A stretch of 62,387 nt of DNA, filler included, from Choristocarpus tenellus KU-1152 (lineage: Eukaryota > Protista > Phaeophyceae), in the NCBI GenBank assembly GCA_964200185.2. It is 13 parts of 13 records of this genome, joined end to end, with 100 filler letters (N's around TTAATTAATTAA, not from the genome) between each part and the next. Parts side by side here need not be neighbours in the genome. Positions count along the whole stretch, not along the records: positions 23,636 to 28,884 come from CAXNAD020011355.1; positions 28,985 to 31,652 come from CAXNAD020025805.1; positions 31,753 to 40,869 come from CAXNAD020003964.1; 10 more parts are not named here. One strand, given 5' to 3'. This document shows, piece after piece, positions 24,014 through 35,831 of the stretch. The stretch's first letter is position 1. Every line of letters starts with the position of its first letter. The position numbers and the translations under genes were made by a program. The notes beneath the pieces are model-generated. The model did no database searches. It saw nothing but the letters and a program-made list of their open reading frames with translations, and was not told the origin of the DNA.

Positions 24014-25850
24014 TCAAGAATTAGCACCGCAGCCCGGAAAATCGGAATAAATGTTTTGAGAATCGGTGTGCGCCCGTTTCTTCTCAGCTTTCCCCAGCTT
24101 AGGTGCTGGTTGGTTTGAAGGAGGTGGGGTGGTTCGTTTCTTCGCCTGCAGCATCTTGATCTCCTCTTGTTGCTCCTGAGCTAATTTTTGGAGCGGTTCC
24201 AAGACGGAAAACCGTAACTCAGTCACTGGCAACGATGTAAATTTTCTGCTGCCAAGGTGGAGATTGTAACGTTGCGTCATGAAAGATCACCAAATTCAAG
24301 GTCTCATCGAGATGCATCTGCTAAAGCAGCGGCATCAACCAGTGGGTTAAAAGTCTTGGTTGGGTTGGGGAGGGATTGATTGACGCGTAAAAATAGAGGG
24401 CTGTGCTCGAAGTTTAAGAACGCACATAGCCAGCCAGTCGGTCAATTTAGGTTGGCCTTCCTCATTAGCAGGAATAAGACGAAAAAATTGCCCACCGTCT
24501 GCCACACCTTCGTCCAAACGCCCACGCCTGTTCCCTCTTTGGCATATTAAAGTGCATCGTAGTTCTAAAGTAGTCATCCAAAGGGAACTGGGGGGCGAAC
24601 TGAGGGGTAAATTCCCCTACTAACTGGTTCCAAGATGCGAAGTAGGTCATTGCAAAACTTCGGGTGTGGTGTTGAGATATCGAGTTGCCAGATGGAAGCA
24701 TGTGTACAAAGTTTTGCAGGCACAAGTCATCTATGGTTTGCTCATATGCCTCATGCTCTGTAACTGGTACCGACTCTTCTTCATCATCACCAACGAACAA
24801 ATTCTTGACCGGTATTATGAGAATACTGAAACCGGTCTGGGACAGCGACACATTGCCTACCATCTTTATCTGATTCAAAGAACTTGTTCGTTGTTAAATC
24901 TTTAGCTGACAGTGTGTTCAGGATGTACGGGTGGTTCATTAGCATTGATCGAACTAATGTGTGGACCACTTGGGCTCTGGTTCGAGGATACCTGAAGTGC
25001 TGAGACCACTAATGCATATGTGATCTTCTTGGAGTCGTCCAGCTGTGAAGTCTGAAAGAATTTTATCCACAGCATCCTTCCCGAGGGACATAAGTGGTGT
25101 TGGTTCCTCGTACTCGCAGCTTTTCTCCAGGACTGCGAACCGTTTGGTAGATGGGAGTGCCGTACTGCAGGGGGACCTGTCCCTGAATTGAACCCCTGCC
25201 ATCCCATCTTGCTCGAGTGAACCTCCTAGGACACCATCAACCAAATTGGTTGGTGGAATATCGATATTTCACCCAGATATCCGGCTTGGGCTTGGCTCTG
25301 GTTCGCTTGGGCCAGCAGTTTAGCCTTTATCCTTGTCATCCTTGTCTCTTTTTTTCTTGTCCTTGGATACTTCTTTGCTTGGTGGGTACATCCCTTAGAC
25401 TGTTGGTATGAGTACCACTGTCGTGAGGCAGGGTCCAATCAGTCATGGGGGGTGTTCAGCATCACAAGTTGTGTCACTGCAGGGTGCATTCAGCAAACCC
25501 AAAGCTCTCTCAGCCATCAAATCTTAGGAGAAGTTTGATTGGAATCTTGGATTCGATGGGTGACTTCACATCTTGGTGGTCGTCAACGGCAAGTGGTCTG
25601 AGAATACTCAAGACTTCTCTGTGTTTGATGTTGATTGGTGGGAACATTACCAGAAATGTGCGCCCGAATGTGGATTGGACTGAGATCAGGTCCCAAAGGG
25701 ACCTATCCGTTACATCAACACTACATCAATTAACGGAATTTTTAGTGTTTGTTTCCTCCTTGGACCCTGCCCTGAGAAGACAGACCAGACCTGGTAGTGA
25801 ACAAGCAGTAGGATTATACATTCCTTGTCTAGTTCTGCCCAGAAAGCACC
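24014..25850 (-). pseudogene. Decayed long ORF of unknown function
   Basis: Chain of overlapping minus-strand ORF pieces (25226-25438, 24954-25244, 24465-24878, 24347-24577, 24014-24280) linked by frameshifts and stops, with protein-like composition. No motif recognised. Confidence 0.5.
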
Positions 25851-26968
25851 TGATGAGTGAATTGTTTGATGTATACTGTATGTGAGGCGTGTGAAGATGA
25901 GTGATCACCAGGGAGTTCTGGGTATAGCTTAATATATTATTGCTATGTATATAAAATATGTGATGTGTACCTAGGTTGGCAACTTCATACTATGTATGGG
26001 TGGTGTGTGTGTGCGTCCAGGAAGAGGAGAATTCCCTTGTCTTTCAGAGAACAGGCCAATAAAAAAAAGAGAGTAATGTTGTCACCTGCTAGTGGAGTGT
26101 TCAGCGAGATTGAAGCTAAGGTTAGACAAAAAGTAGGTCTGTCTCTCAATGCTGCTCACAGAGAACAGATCAAACTAAGCGAACAACATTATTTCATCTG
26201 AGCAAGACACATGTGTTGTTATTGTTGGCAGCACAGACAGTGACAAGGCTTCTATTCCAGGACACTTTCCTGACCTTTGTATGTTCACTCTGGCGCAGTA
26301 GATATCAATGTCCAACACACAACTATACTCTCCACTCCATGCCTTTGAGGTAAGGATTGTTCTCCACTCAGTGATGCATCCAAATGCCACAATAGCATAA
26401 TCCCCGTCAAGTTGTTGCAAAAAAAAGTGGGAAATGCCCGTTCATTGCGATGTATTACTAGCATTAACAGACGATACAACCCTTCACCTTTGTGTCACAG
26501 TGGGGGGTAGCGACACGCATCTTTCCTTGGGCACACTGGATAACTAAAATAAATCTACGATGGAATGTTCTTGTCCTTTTCTACACATTGCAATTCTTCT
26601 TGAGGGAAGAATCATCCCATCAAATGTACTGCCTGTTTCATGGTGGTGGTGGTGGTGATGCATCCAACGTCCAACAACAGGTAGAGTGCATGGATGCCCT
26701 TCCAAAACACCAATCATTGGGTCAACAAAGATATACAAGAATCGCATTGAGATACAAATACATATATTTAATACTCAAAAGTATTTTGTACTACATACAA
26801 AACCAACAAAATTTAGGTACACCATTTTTCTCTCTCCGACAACACCTGTGGGCTGTCAGGAGGCAGATGCTTTTGACTGGCAAAAGTACTACACAGCACT
26901 ATAAGAGTGAATATCTTCTTTAAAACAGCCCACCACACCACACCACACCACACCCACCACTGCTGCTG

Positions 26969-27190
26969 TCATGCCATCAACTTCCTGACATCCTTAGCTT
27001 TCTTCTTTGTCGCTGATCTCCCATCAAAACTACCAGTGCTAAATTGTCTCGCTGCGTTGACCCCACCACCCTTATTTGTCACCCAGTTCTTGATCTTCGT
27101 GGTTCCTTCTTTTACCAGTTGATTCCGCAACTTGGCCTTGTTGGTGTCCTCCTTGTACCGCTGACCGTGTGCACCAATGTGGTGAACAAC
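26969..27190 (-). CDS. Terminal coding exon of an unknown basic protein
   Basis: T-rich acceptor TTTTTTTTTATGATTAAG| followed by VVHHIGAHGQRYKEDTNKAKLRNQLVKEGTTKIKNWVTNKGGGVNAARQF...VRKLMA* with coding-like codon usage. Confidence 0.65.
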   Translation of the reverse strand, partial: VVHHIGAHGQRYKEDTNKAKLRNQLVKEGTTKIKNWVTNKGGGVNAARQFSTGSFDGRSATKKKAKDVRKLMA

Positions 27191-29719
27191 CTTAATCATA
27201 AAAAAAAACATTTGTAGAGGAGTTAGCAACGGAGGGAGCAAGCACACAAGGACATAGTAAACAGAATTGTCCAGTTCAGTTCAGAGGTTGCAGAATGAGG
27301 GAGAACAAAAACTTCAAAAAAATGGCGGACTGCAGGGTTTGCACATTACATACACAGTACAGTCATCAATTGCAACGTAAGTTGCAGTCTTTTACCACAT
27401 GTTCCAGTCAAAATGGAGCACGCGTCTGTGCTCAACTGAGGGGAGATCAAGGAAAAATATCAATCATGTAGGGGAAATCACTCAGCCAGTCAGCCACTTA
27501 CACAATTCTGTTGGGTTAGGAGGGACGGTATAACCCTGGTTCATTTTCCATGGTGTGATCAAGTTTACACTAAGCACAACAGTGTCCCTCAAGCACTTGA
27601 GAGCACAACAAGACACAAAGCATCCAGTCATTCAGTCCACCTTTGTTCAGTTCCCAACAATGTACCACAAAACATTTGGTGTTGTCTTACTTCTTGCCAT
27701 ATTTTGAGAGTAAATGATACCAACCAGCAAAAATATGCTACCTACTCCTTCCCCCCTCTCCCTACATTTGAGGCTCTAGGTGAGGTATGCCAACTTCAAA
27801 GCAAATCCACAAAGTAACTGTCAATAAACCACAATACAATGACCACATTCCATAATAGCAGTCGGGGGACAAGGAATAGAGGCACAGATACACAACACGG
27901 AAACATTTTTGTCAATTAAGCCTGGTATGTGGAAGAGTTTGCAGCAAAGCAGTACATCCATCTTGGGTTTCCTTGCAGACACGGAAAATTCCAGACCTTT
28001 TCGTGTGGTTATAACTTTGAGCGACAGAATTACTACCACAATACTACTAATAATGCCACAATTCGATTTGACAAGTCACCAGAAATAAATCGGAGAGTGC
28101 CAAAAAGATATTCTTGGCCAGATGACACTGGAGACAGTCTCCTAAGTAATCTATCAATACAAACGCATGGTACCTAAGTGAAGACTTTGCCTACTTAACA
28201 CCTATCACTTCTTATCCAACACACCCTTTTCACAACCCCCCCGCTATGTTTCAACCATCACCAATACTTGCACAAACAGACAATTGCAGCAAGAGCGTAT
28301 ATACCATCAACATCAACCTTAATGATCTATCAGTGAGATCTCCTTCCCTCTCCTTTCAGGTGAGGGTCACGCAAAGCTCTTCCCACTGATCTTGGGTATA
28401 ATGACAAGCGATGCTCATGGTCCAATATCTTTCACTGTTGAGTGGCTCCCCCCACGCGATGCATTCAACACCCTACATACAGGAGCTACCAAGCCACTTC
28501 AGCTTTGGACCAAACAGTCTCTACAACTTACGTGGGCACTTTTGGTTGCCACTGCTCACCAAAAAATCATCCAGAGTCCCAATGGCGACGGCATGCCTTT
28601 ATCATTACAAATACACTATTTTACCATCAACAGCCCACACACATCCAGAACCCTTAGAACCGAAATGTACATTCCACGGTGCTTACTGCCAGTACTGCAG
28701 CTCAAGACCGACCGCTCATGCTTTCTGAAATATAAGAGTCTTCAAGTGGAACTCCTTCCTCCCCTCAGAGCACCACCACAGAGCGCCCCAGAACACTACA
28801 AGGCAAACACCATCCCCCACCCACGGTCCTGCATGCTAGGTAGGACACAAGAGAGTTCTTTTCCCCCCCCCACATGATCCAGTCNNNNNNNNNNNNNNNN
28901 NNNNNNNNNNNNNNNNNNNNNNNNNNNNTTAATTAATTAANNNNNNNNNNNNNNNNNNNNNNNNNNNNNNNNNNNNNNNNNNNNCTCAGATACTTTGAGC
29001 CATGACCCAAATGGATACCCTGGTGTAGACCCCCCCCCCTGCAGATACTTTGGGTCGTTTAGCATGATCACAAACAGAAGCATTATAAATGACATAATGT
29101 GTACAGTGATAGAGCTTTTTGCTCAGAGTATCTGATTGACCTCGGGTTTTTTGGCGTAGCTGACCTAACTCAAAATAGCTACTACTTGTTCTTCTCCAAG
29201 TCGTGCAGAACTCTTGGAGAACACGGATGGTAATATGTATAAGCTCTATGTATAATCTAAAGTGTTCAGCGACAGAAGTACATTTTATTACCCTAGAACT
29301 CTTTGCAATAATTACATTGAATGTTCATGATTTGGCCTGAACTCCTCCTTTAAGAACCATTGTAAGAAGAGAGGATCCCTCTACTTGTACAGTGTACCAA
29401 AATATTGTGTCTACCTTTTTTTAAACTATAATGTTCTGCTATTTATTCCTTGAGATTTTCCTTGCTTGGAAAAATATTTTATAGTAAGGATTTCCCACCA
29501 ACAAAGAGAGTGTGAATGTCTTGCATCCCTTGTTTTTTTGGAATCGCTGCCGCAGCCAGTAAAAGATTGTTTTGAATTAATTGGGACTCAATTAACACGA
29601 CAGACAGAACTGCTACATCACCTGTAAAACTCAGGACAACGAGAAAAGTCGTATTGCATACGCAGAAGTACTTAAAAGTATATGATTCATGCTTACACCT
29701 ATATTTTTGCACAATAGTG

Positions 29720-29850
29720 TATGCAAAGATGATATTCCCCCTTCCCACACACAAAGCATTATCAAAAATCAAGCAAAGCCCCTTTCTGCAGTTGTACAAA
29801 ATTGGGCATTTTTTTCCTTTCTCAGTAACCTTAAAATGCAACCCTACCTG
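29720..29850. repeat. Dispersed repeat family D (about 130 bp); inverted copy at about 57750-57866
   Basis: CCCCCTTCC.ACACACAAAG...CAAAG...CTTTCT.CA.TTGTACAAA...CATTTTTT.CCTTTCTC matches the reverse complement of 57750-57866. Confidence 0.6.
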
Positions 29851-31433
29851 ACTCCCAATTGGTTCGGCTCTGCAACAAATCAAAATACAGTGATACAGAC
29901 CACGCCTGACGATTCATACACTGCAGATTGCGCCAATAAAATGAAGTTCTGCGATCACGTATGAACCAGTCGAGTCAAGCATTTGTGTCGATAGCAAAGC
30001 AATACTGCGACCTGGAAGGTGCGGATGGAGTGAACACCGAACCGATAGGGAAGGAAGAAGTTTGTGAAATACGATATTCTATTATTCTGAATGAAACCGA
30101 ACTTGGATGTTGAGGACGAGAGGTGTAGTTATGCTGAAGAACTGTATTAATTGCGCGAAAGGTTAAAAAAAGACCCAGAACCCACCATCAGTGGTGCGGA
30201 TGGATACACGGAAAGGTTCTTCTAATTGGATGTCAGAAGGAAATGGGCAGGATGCATGAAATTTAACACACGGGTATCACAAGTAACACCAAGCAGAAAG
30301 AAAAAAAAATGTGTCAACCTTGTAAAGTATGTATTATTGGTAGGATACAAGGAATCACTGCCTAGGTGTCAAAACCTGCGAGGTTCAGTGGGCAATCTAC
30401 ACTCTTGCACTGGGAGGGAAGGATGATTTTTGGACGGATCCTTCTGAGTGGGCTCTGTGCCTGTGGACCATGGACCTGCAGTAGATCTCTTGTTATGCTG
30501 TTCTTCGGTGCATGATGTCATGAGGGGAGTTTCCCCCCCTGCTCCTATGAGCTGAAGTATCCAGGAGTGGGGTGCCGTTTTTGTTAAGGGGTGTTTGTGA
30601 CTGTTTTCTGAATTTGATCTCTTTGTCCATACAATTTCAAACGCTTGCAGTAGCTTACCTTTATAGGATATGTAAATATGCAGCTCCAGTTCATAAGCCT
30701 GCAGGTTGATGATGAGGCTTGAAGACGGCGCCTCACAATGTGTCGGATAGTTGATCCTGATCACCAATGGAAAATGGATAGTTATCAGCCTGTAGTTGTG
30801 GTTAACATGATACTTCTTTTTGAAGCTTATGTTTGACTAGCTCGAGATGTGATTGAGGGGCATGAACTGTCCCCATTTGTCTTTTGGATGTCATGAGTAT
30901 TATGTCTTATACATCAGGTTATTATAACTGCCCATCAGGTTATTATAACTGCCATGCATAGTAACTGAGTAGTTCAATTTACTAGCAAGATACAGATTTT
31001 ACACTGTACCTATAAGACGACTTTGAATCTTCTCCTTTTGGGATAACCACGTGAACAATTGCCACACACATACCAGTTAAAATGCAAGTAGTGATAGATA
31101 TGCCAAGCACCTGTCGCACTACATACTCCAATCCAATGACAAAACATCTATCTACAGAGGCTTTTCTTCTATATCTAGGGACTCCTGATATGCGGATTAC
31201 ATCAAGTTGGACCATGAAGATAGGATGTTAGGCATCACATTCGTAAGCCCCTTGGCAACATAAATCGTCCCGTTGGGAGGGGCTGGATCCCTCAGGGGAT
31301 GCAGAGGGACAAGGGAGAGGAGGGAGCGTGGTGCAATTTATTGTGCCTTTGTGCACAAGAGAGCTTGTATTGACAAGTGAAGGTGTAGTGTCGAAATCTG
31401 ACCTACAAACACACAACCTATATATAGAGCAGA

Positions 31434-31613
31434 GGCTCAAAGTATCTGGAGGGGGGTGCCGGCTGTCCATTTTGGGCCAAATTTCCATGTCCCAATTTTT
31501 GGGTGATTTGACTTTTCATGTGTCAGACAGATAATGTAAGCGCACCTTTTCTAGTAAGGGCCCAAATGGACACCCTGATGTAGACCCCCCCCCCCCCTCA
31601 GATACTTTGAGCC
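31434..31613 (-). mobile_element. MITE family A, full length (180 bp)
   Basis: Both TIRs and both inner GTCCATTT boxes are present. No clear TSD. Confidence 0.9.
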
Positions 31614-32635
31614 TGCTAGGTGGTGGGCGACTATAGAGCAGTTGCAAATTGGNNNNNNNNNNNNNNNNNNNNNNNNNNNNNNNNNNNNNNNNNNNNTTAA
31701 TTAATTAANNNNNNNNNNNNNNNNNNNNNNNNNNNNNNNNNNNNNNNNNNNNCACTTTTCCTGGTTAAGGCCCAAATGGACACCCTGGTGCAGACCCCCC
31801 CCCCCCCAGATACTTTGGGTCAGACCCAAAGTAGGGTATTGACCCCAGGGTTGGAACCCACCATCTCTGACTTTGTCAAGATATGGAGGTGCCACTATTG
31901 TAGCATGAGACTATGACATAGCTTGAGACTATGTATAGATAGAGTGGCTCCATGGTGCCGTAGTAGAGGGATTGTGGCCCCAGCGGTACAATGGTGAGAG
32001 GGTATGCTTTCAAACCTCCCCTGAATTGCACACTGAATGCACTCTTACCTGGGGAAGAAAATATGGAATGTGGTGTCATCGCACATACCGGGCTGAATGG
32101 GGAGCATAAAGATTGAGATGGCTATTTGAGGACTTGACAGAGACTTAGAGATTAGTGAGGTGTTGTACCCCTAGCCATGCCAAACCATGGTGGTGCCTCA
32201 GTATTTATTTAGTCAAGATGTTGAGATACTATTTTATACTATACAGTTGTACCATGGGGCCACCACCTTTGTGTGGGACTAGTGGCCCCAACGCAAAAAG
32301 CGATTTATGAATATCAGCAACATCCCAAAACCCTAAGTGTTGCTCTTTCATAAATGTATTGCATCCTTCTATACAAGGATTTTCAAAAAATACACATGTA
32401 TATTTTTGTGGGATTTTGGCATGACTCCAGCTGCGTTGAAAATTCGAGACTGCACTAAGAATATAATACTAATGATGTCCAGTTGCTTTCAACCATGAGA
32501 CATGGGTGCCGCCAATAGATGCAGACGTTGCTTGACTCCAATTAATTTGCTATTCAGATTTCAGCAAGCAGCATCATTTTACGACCAAAGAACTCCATTT
32601 GTTTTGCCCGAAAAGGAGATGTTTTGGTTTTAAAT

Positions 32636-32758
32636 GGTTCAAAGTATCTGGGAGGGGGTGGTGTCTGTCTATTTGAGGTCAATTTTTTCATGTCGCGATT
32701 TTTGGGTGATTTGGTTGTATACGTCGGATGGATACTGTACTCCCAGATACTTTGGGTC
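32636..32758 (-). mobile_element. MITE family A, internally deleted, 3-bp TSD AAT
   Basis: AAT|GGTTCAAAGTATCT...AGATACTTTGGGTC|AAT. Confidence 0.85.
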
Positions 32759-33659
32759 AATAGAGAACGATGTATTCATATTGGAACATCAACCTGTCAC
32801 ACGTATCCATAACTATTTTCATATTGATGCAACAAGAGACAGTATTTCCATGGCTTGCTACAGTAAAATAGAAGACAGTGCTTCTCAACATTAGAGTTCT
32901 ACTACATACCAACCTACTGCATTTTGTTCTGTCTTGATGAGGTTAGCTTGTATAGCCCTTGTCCATTTTCAATCACAAGTTACATTTTCTAAATTGCAAC
33001 CTTATTTTGCACCCGTCCTCTCCCCTCTGGTGTTCACACTGCATATCCCCACAATGTAGCAGTTTGCATAGCTTTTGGGGCTTGGCTTCCCATGTTTTTT
33101 GTTATGATATTTTCCTACTCCGAAATGTTTAGAAGTAGGTAAAATGTATACGTTATGAAATGGTGTATCCGGAACATGGATACTGACACTTCATAACAAA
33201 TACGATAGCCAAAATTACATCAAAATCACAACATTGGATTTTGGCCCCCAAATGGACGCGACTCTACACTCTAAGATACATTAGCTCTCTGCACTCAAGC
33301 TGTGACGTTTAGCTAGCACTACATTATCTGGGGTGTGAAATATGCCCTTATGCTACTTTTGTTATCATCCCTTAGCTGGGATGAGTAGGATAATGTGTAA
33401 GGAGTGATCGTGCATGAAATTAACATCAAACCTACAACTGATTATCCATATCATGATTCGACTCGGGGCCAATGCCGAAATTTGTTGCATAGAGGAGTAG
33501 AATCAGGCATATCACCACATCTTGAGCACATGAAAAGCCTCCACATTTTGCAAACAGATAGCTCACTCTCACATTAGTTGGAAATCTATTTTCAGACAGC
33601 ACAACACACCAAAGCTGTCCTCCAGCTCTGACATCAGCGTTACATTCAATAATTTTCAC

Positions 33660-35468
33660 CAGTCTATCATTTGATCCAGGTTGTCGTCCACTTCCCAGAC
33701 AATGTCAGTTATCTCCTTGCGTGTGCACTTGTTATTCAGGAACTTCATGTTCTCCCACACATCCTGGTATGTACAGAAGAATAGGGATGAACACCAAAGC
33801 ATAATTTATTACAACAATCCCGTTGATTACGTAGCAAGCAAGATCACATTCAAAATGAAGCATGTGCTTGATTGTATTGCTGATCTGTATGCCAAAGTGC
33901 AAGGCTTGAAATATTCTGCCACAATATATATGAGATGCGCCCCTAACAGTGCTTTCGGATGCCTTGAAGGGAAGAGAGTGAAGGGAGGTTAGAGAAAAAT
34001 CGAGCAAGGCTGTGCGATCACATGCACATAAGACTAACCTGTGCGTTTTTGAGGTGCCTAGACATTTGTTTACAGCAAGGTCTGGTCATTCTTGATCTAG
34101 TGGTACTACTCGATTACAGCATTTTGGATGTCTCACAATCAGTATTGTTCACTGCCTTCATCCCATAGAATAGAATATTCTCTGCATATATCCTTTCTAC
34201 AGAAACAACCGCTTGTCATGATTTTTGCTTGCCATGATGCACACTTTGAGATTGGTGGTATGGTCCCGGAAATACGACCAAGACGGGAAAATCAATCATT
34301 TTCTGGATATTTCCTAGGTTGGATAGTCTTCGACCGGACATTTATGTTTCTTACTTGGTTCATACAGGAGTTGCACAAGAGGACTAATCACGTGTAGAAG
34401 CAAACCTACCACTGCCTTGATGGTCTTGTTTGGATTGGCTTCAATCTGCGCCAGATCTTCCCCGAATCCTCGAATTTCCTCGTTGAGAGACGCTATCTGA
34501 AGTCATGGCATGAAGTTGGGGTTGTGCTTTGAAGTGAAAACATGAGCCACAAATGGAAGAGCCGAAGTAACTTTGCCGTCCCCGAGAATTTGGAAGGAAA
34601 CATCACTCCCAAAACACAAACCTCAAGGATTGGTCCCACGTCATCATAAATAGATACTTTATGATAGACATTGGACCCAAAGTATCTGGGGGAGGGGGGG
34701 GGTCTGCACCAGAGTGTCCATTTGGGCCTTAACCAGGAATAGTGCTCTTACATTATCCATCCGACGTATGCAACCAAATCACACAAAAATCACGACATAA
34801 AAAAATTGGTCCCAAATGGACAGGCGCCACCCCCCCCCCAGATACTTTGAGCCATTGGTCCGACCTTGTACGTCTATGAAAATTTCAACCTTCCGAGTTA
34901 TTGCCTGGTTGTATAGGTATAACATGGCAGCTTGTTCAAAGACCATTTGATCCTAATCGGGAGGGAAGGATACAGAGGGGCTATACTTTAGACTCGTACA
35001 CGTCCTTCCAGTTGGATCGTAGGGGTGGCTCATTACATTTCTCGAAATTTATTTAATGGAATCACCTCAGCTTTGGCCTGCGCATCGTTTAGTGGTGTCT
35101 TGCCGTGTTTGGTGGCGGCTGATCCAGTTAAGGCAGACCCTTGGTTTGAAATGGCCTCAAGTCTCTCCTTCCTGGCTAGGATCTCTTTCCTGGTTCTGGT
35201 CGACGATGGGTTTGCAAAGTGTTATCTAGTGGAACAGAATGTGATTTAACAATGCGCCTGAGCCTAATCCTCAGCGGTAATAGTAAAGAAACATAACACG
35301 ACCATTTAAATAATGCCGCCTCGCTCACCCAGGAGGGAGACCTCATCCAGAAGACACCCCGGTGGCTTACTTTTCCTTCTGACTGAAGTCACAGAGCCGC
35401 TCGTACACTCGCTTGAGCTCCTTATCCTCCTGCGGGCTAATGTGAATGATCTGATCTTCTTCGGCCAT
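33660..35468 (-). CDS. EF-hand (calmodulin-like) protein, 5' four exons (35468-35371, 35195-35066, 34496-34410, 33763-33660); 3' exons not found in this contig
   Basis: MAEEDQIIHISPQEDKELKRVYERLCDFSQKEK|TRKEILARKERLEAI...AKAE|IASLNEEIRGFGEDLAQIEANPNKTIKAV|DVWENMKFLNNKCTRKEITDIVWEVDDNLDQMIDW. Canonical EF loop D-D-N-L-D-Q-M-I-D-W; all GT-AG with matching phases. Confidence 0.88.
34674..34853 (+). mobile_element. MITE family A, full length, 4-bp TSD ATTG (in intron 2 of the EF-hand gene)
   Basis: ATTG|GACCCAAAGTATCT...AGATACTTTGAGCC|ATTG. Confidence 0.95.
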
Positions 35469-35831
35469 CTTTCGCACTCATGAGGAGAAACACAATGGAT
35501 GCTGGACTTTTACATCCGAAAACTTCCCATACAACGATCACTCTTGACGGTTATACCTGACGTATGTTAAATTATATACACATCTCTATAAACATCTCCA
35601 TCAAGAAATTGATTGCATCTTATGACCAAGTCCAAGGTTGTGGGGGGTATATGGTTAATTGATGCTTGGGTCGAGTTGAATTAACTTCTGATATTCTGAA
35701 GAACTGAGGTGCACTGGACTGGCCAAATATACACCTGCTTCGGGGTCAACATTGCCTCCAGTTTGTGGAAGGGATTTTCCTGGATTATAAGTCGGATTTG
35801 TGTCACTTGCTTCACGCAGATTGAGTAAAAC
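35469..35831. promoter_or_regulatory. Putative bidirectional promoter between the EF-hand gene and CHMP7
   Basis: The divergent start codons are only 363 bp apart. The interval is repeat-free and its flanking first exons are CpG-rich. Confidence 0.55.
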
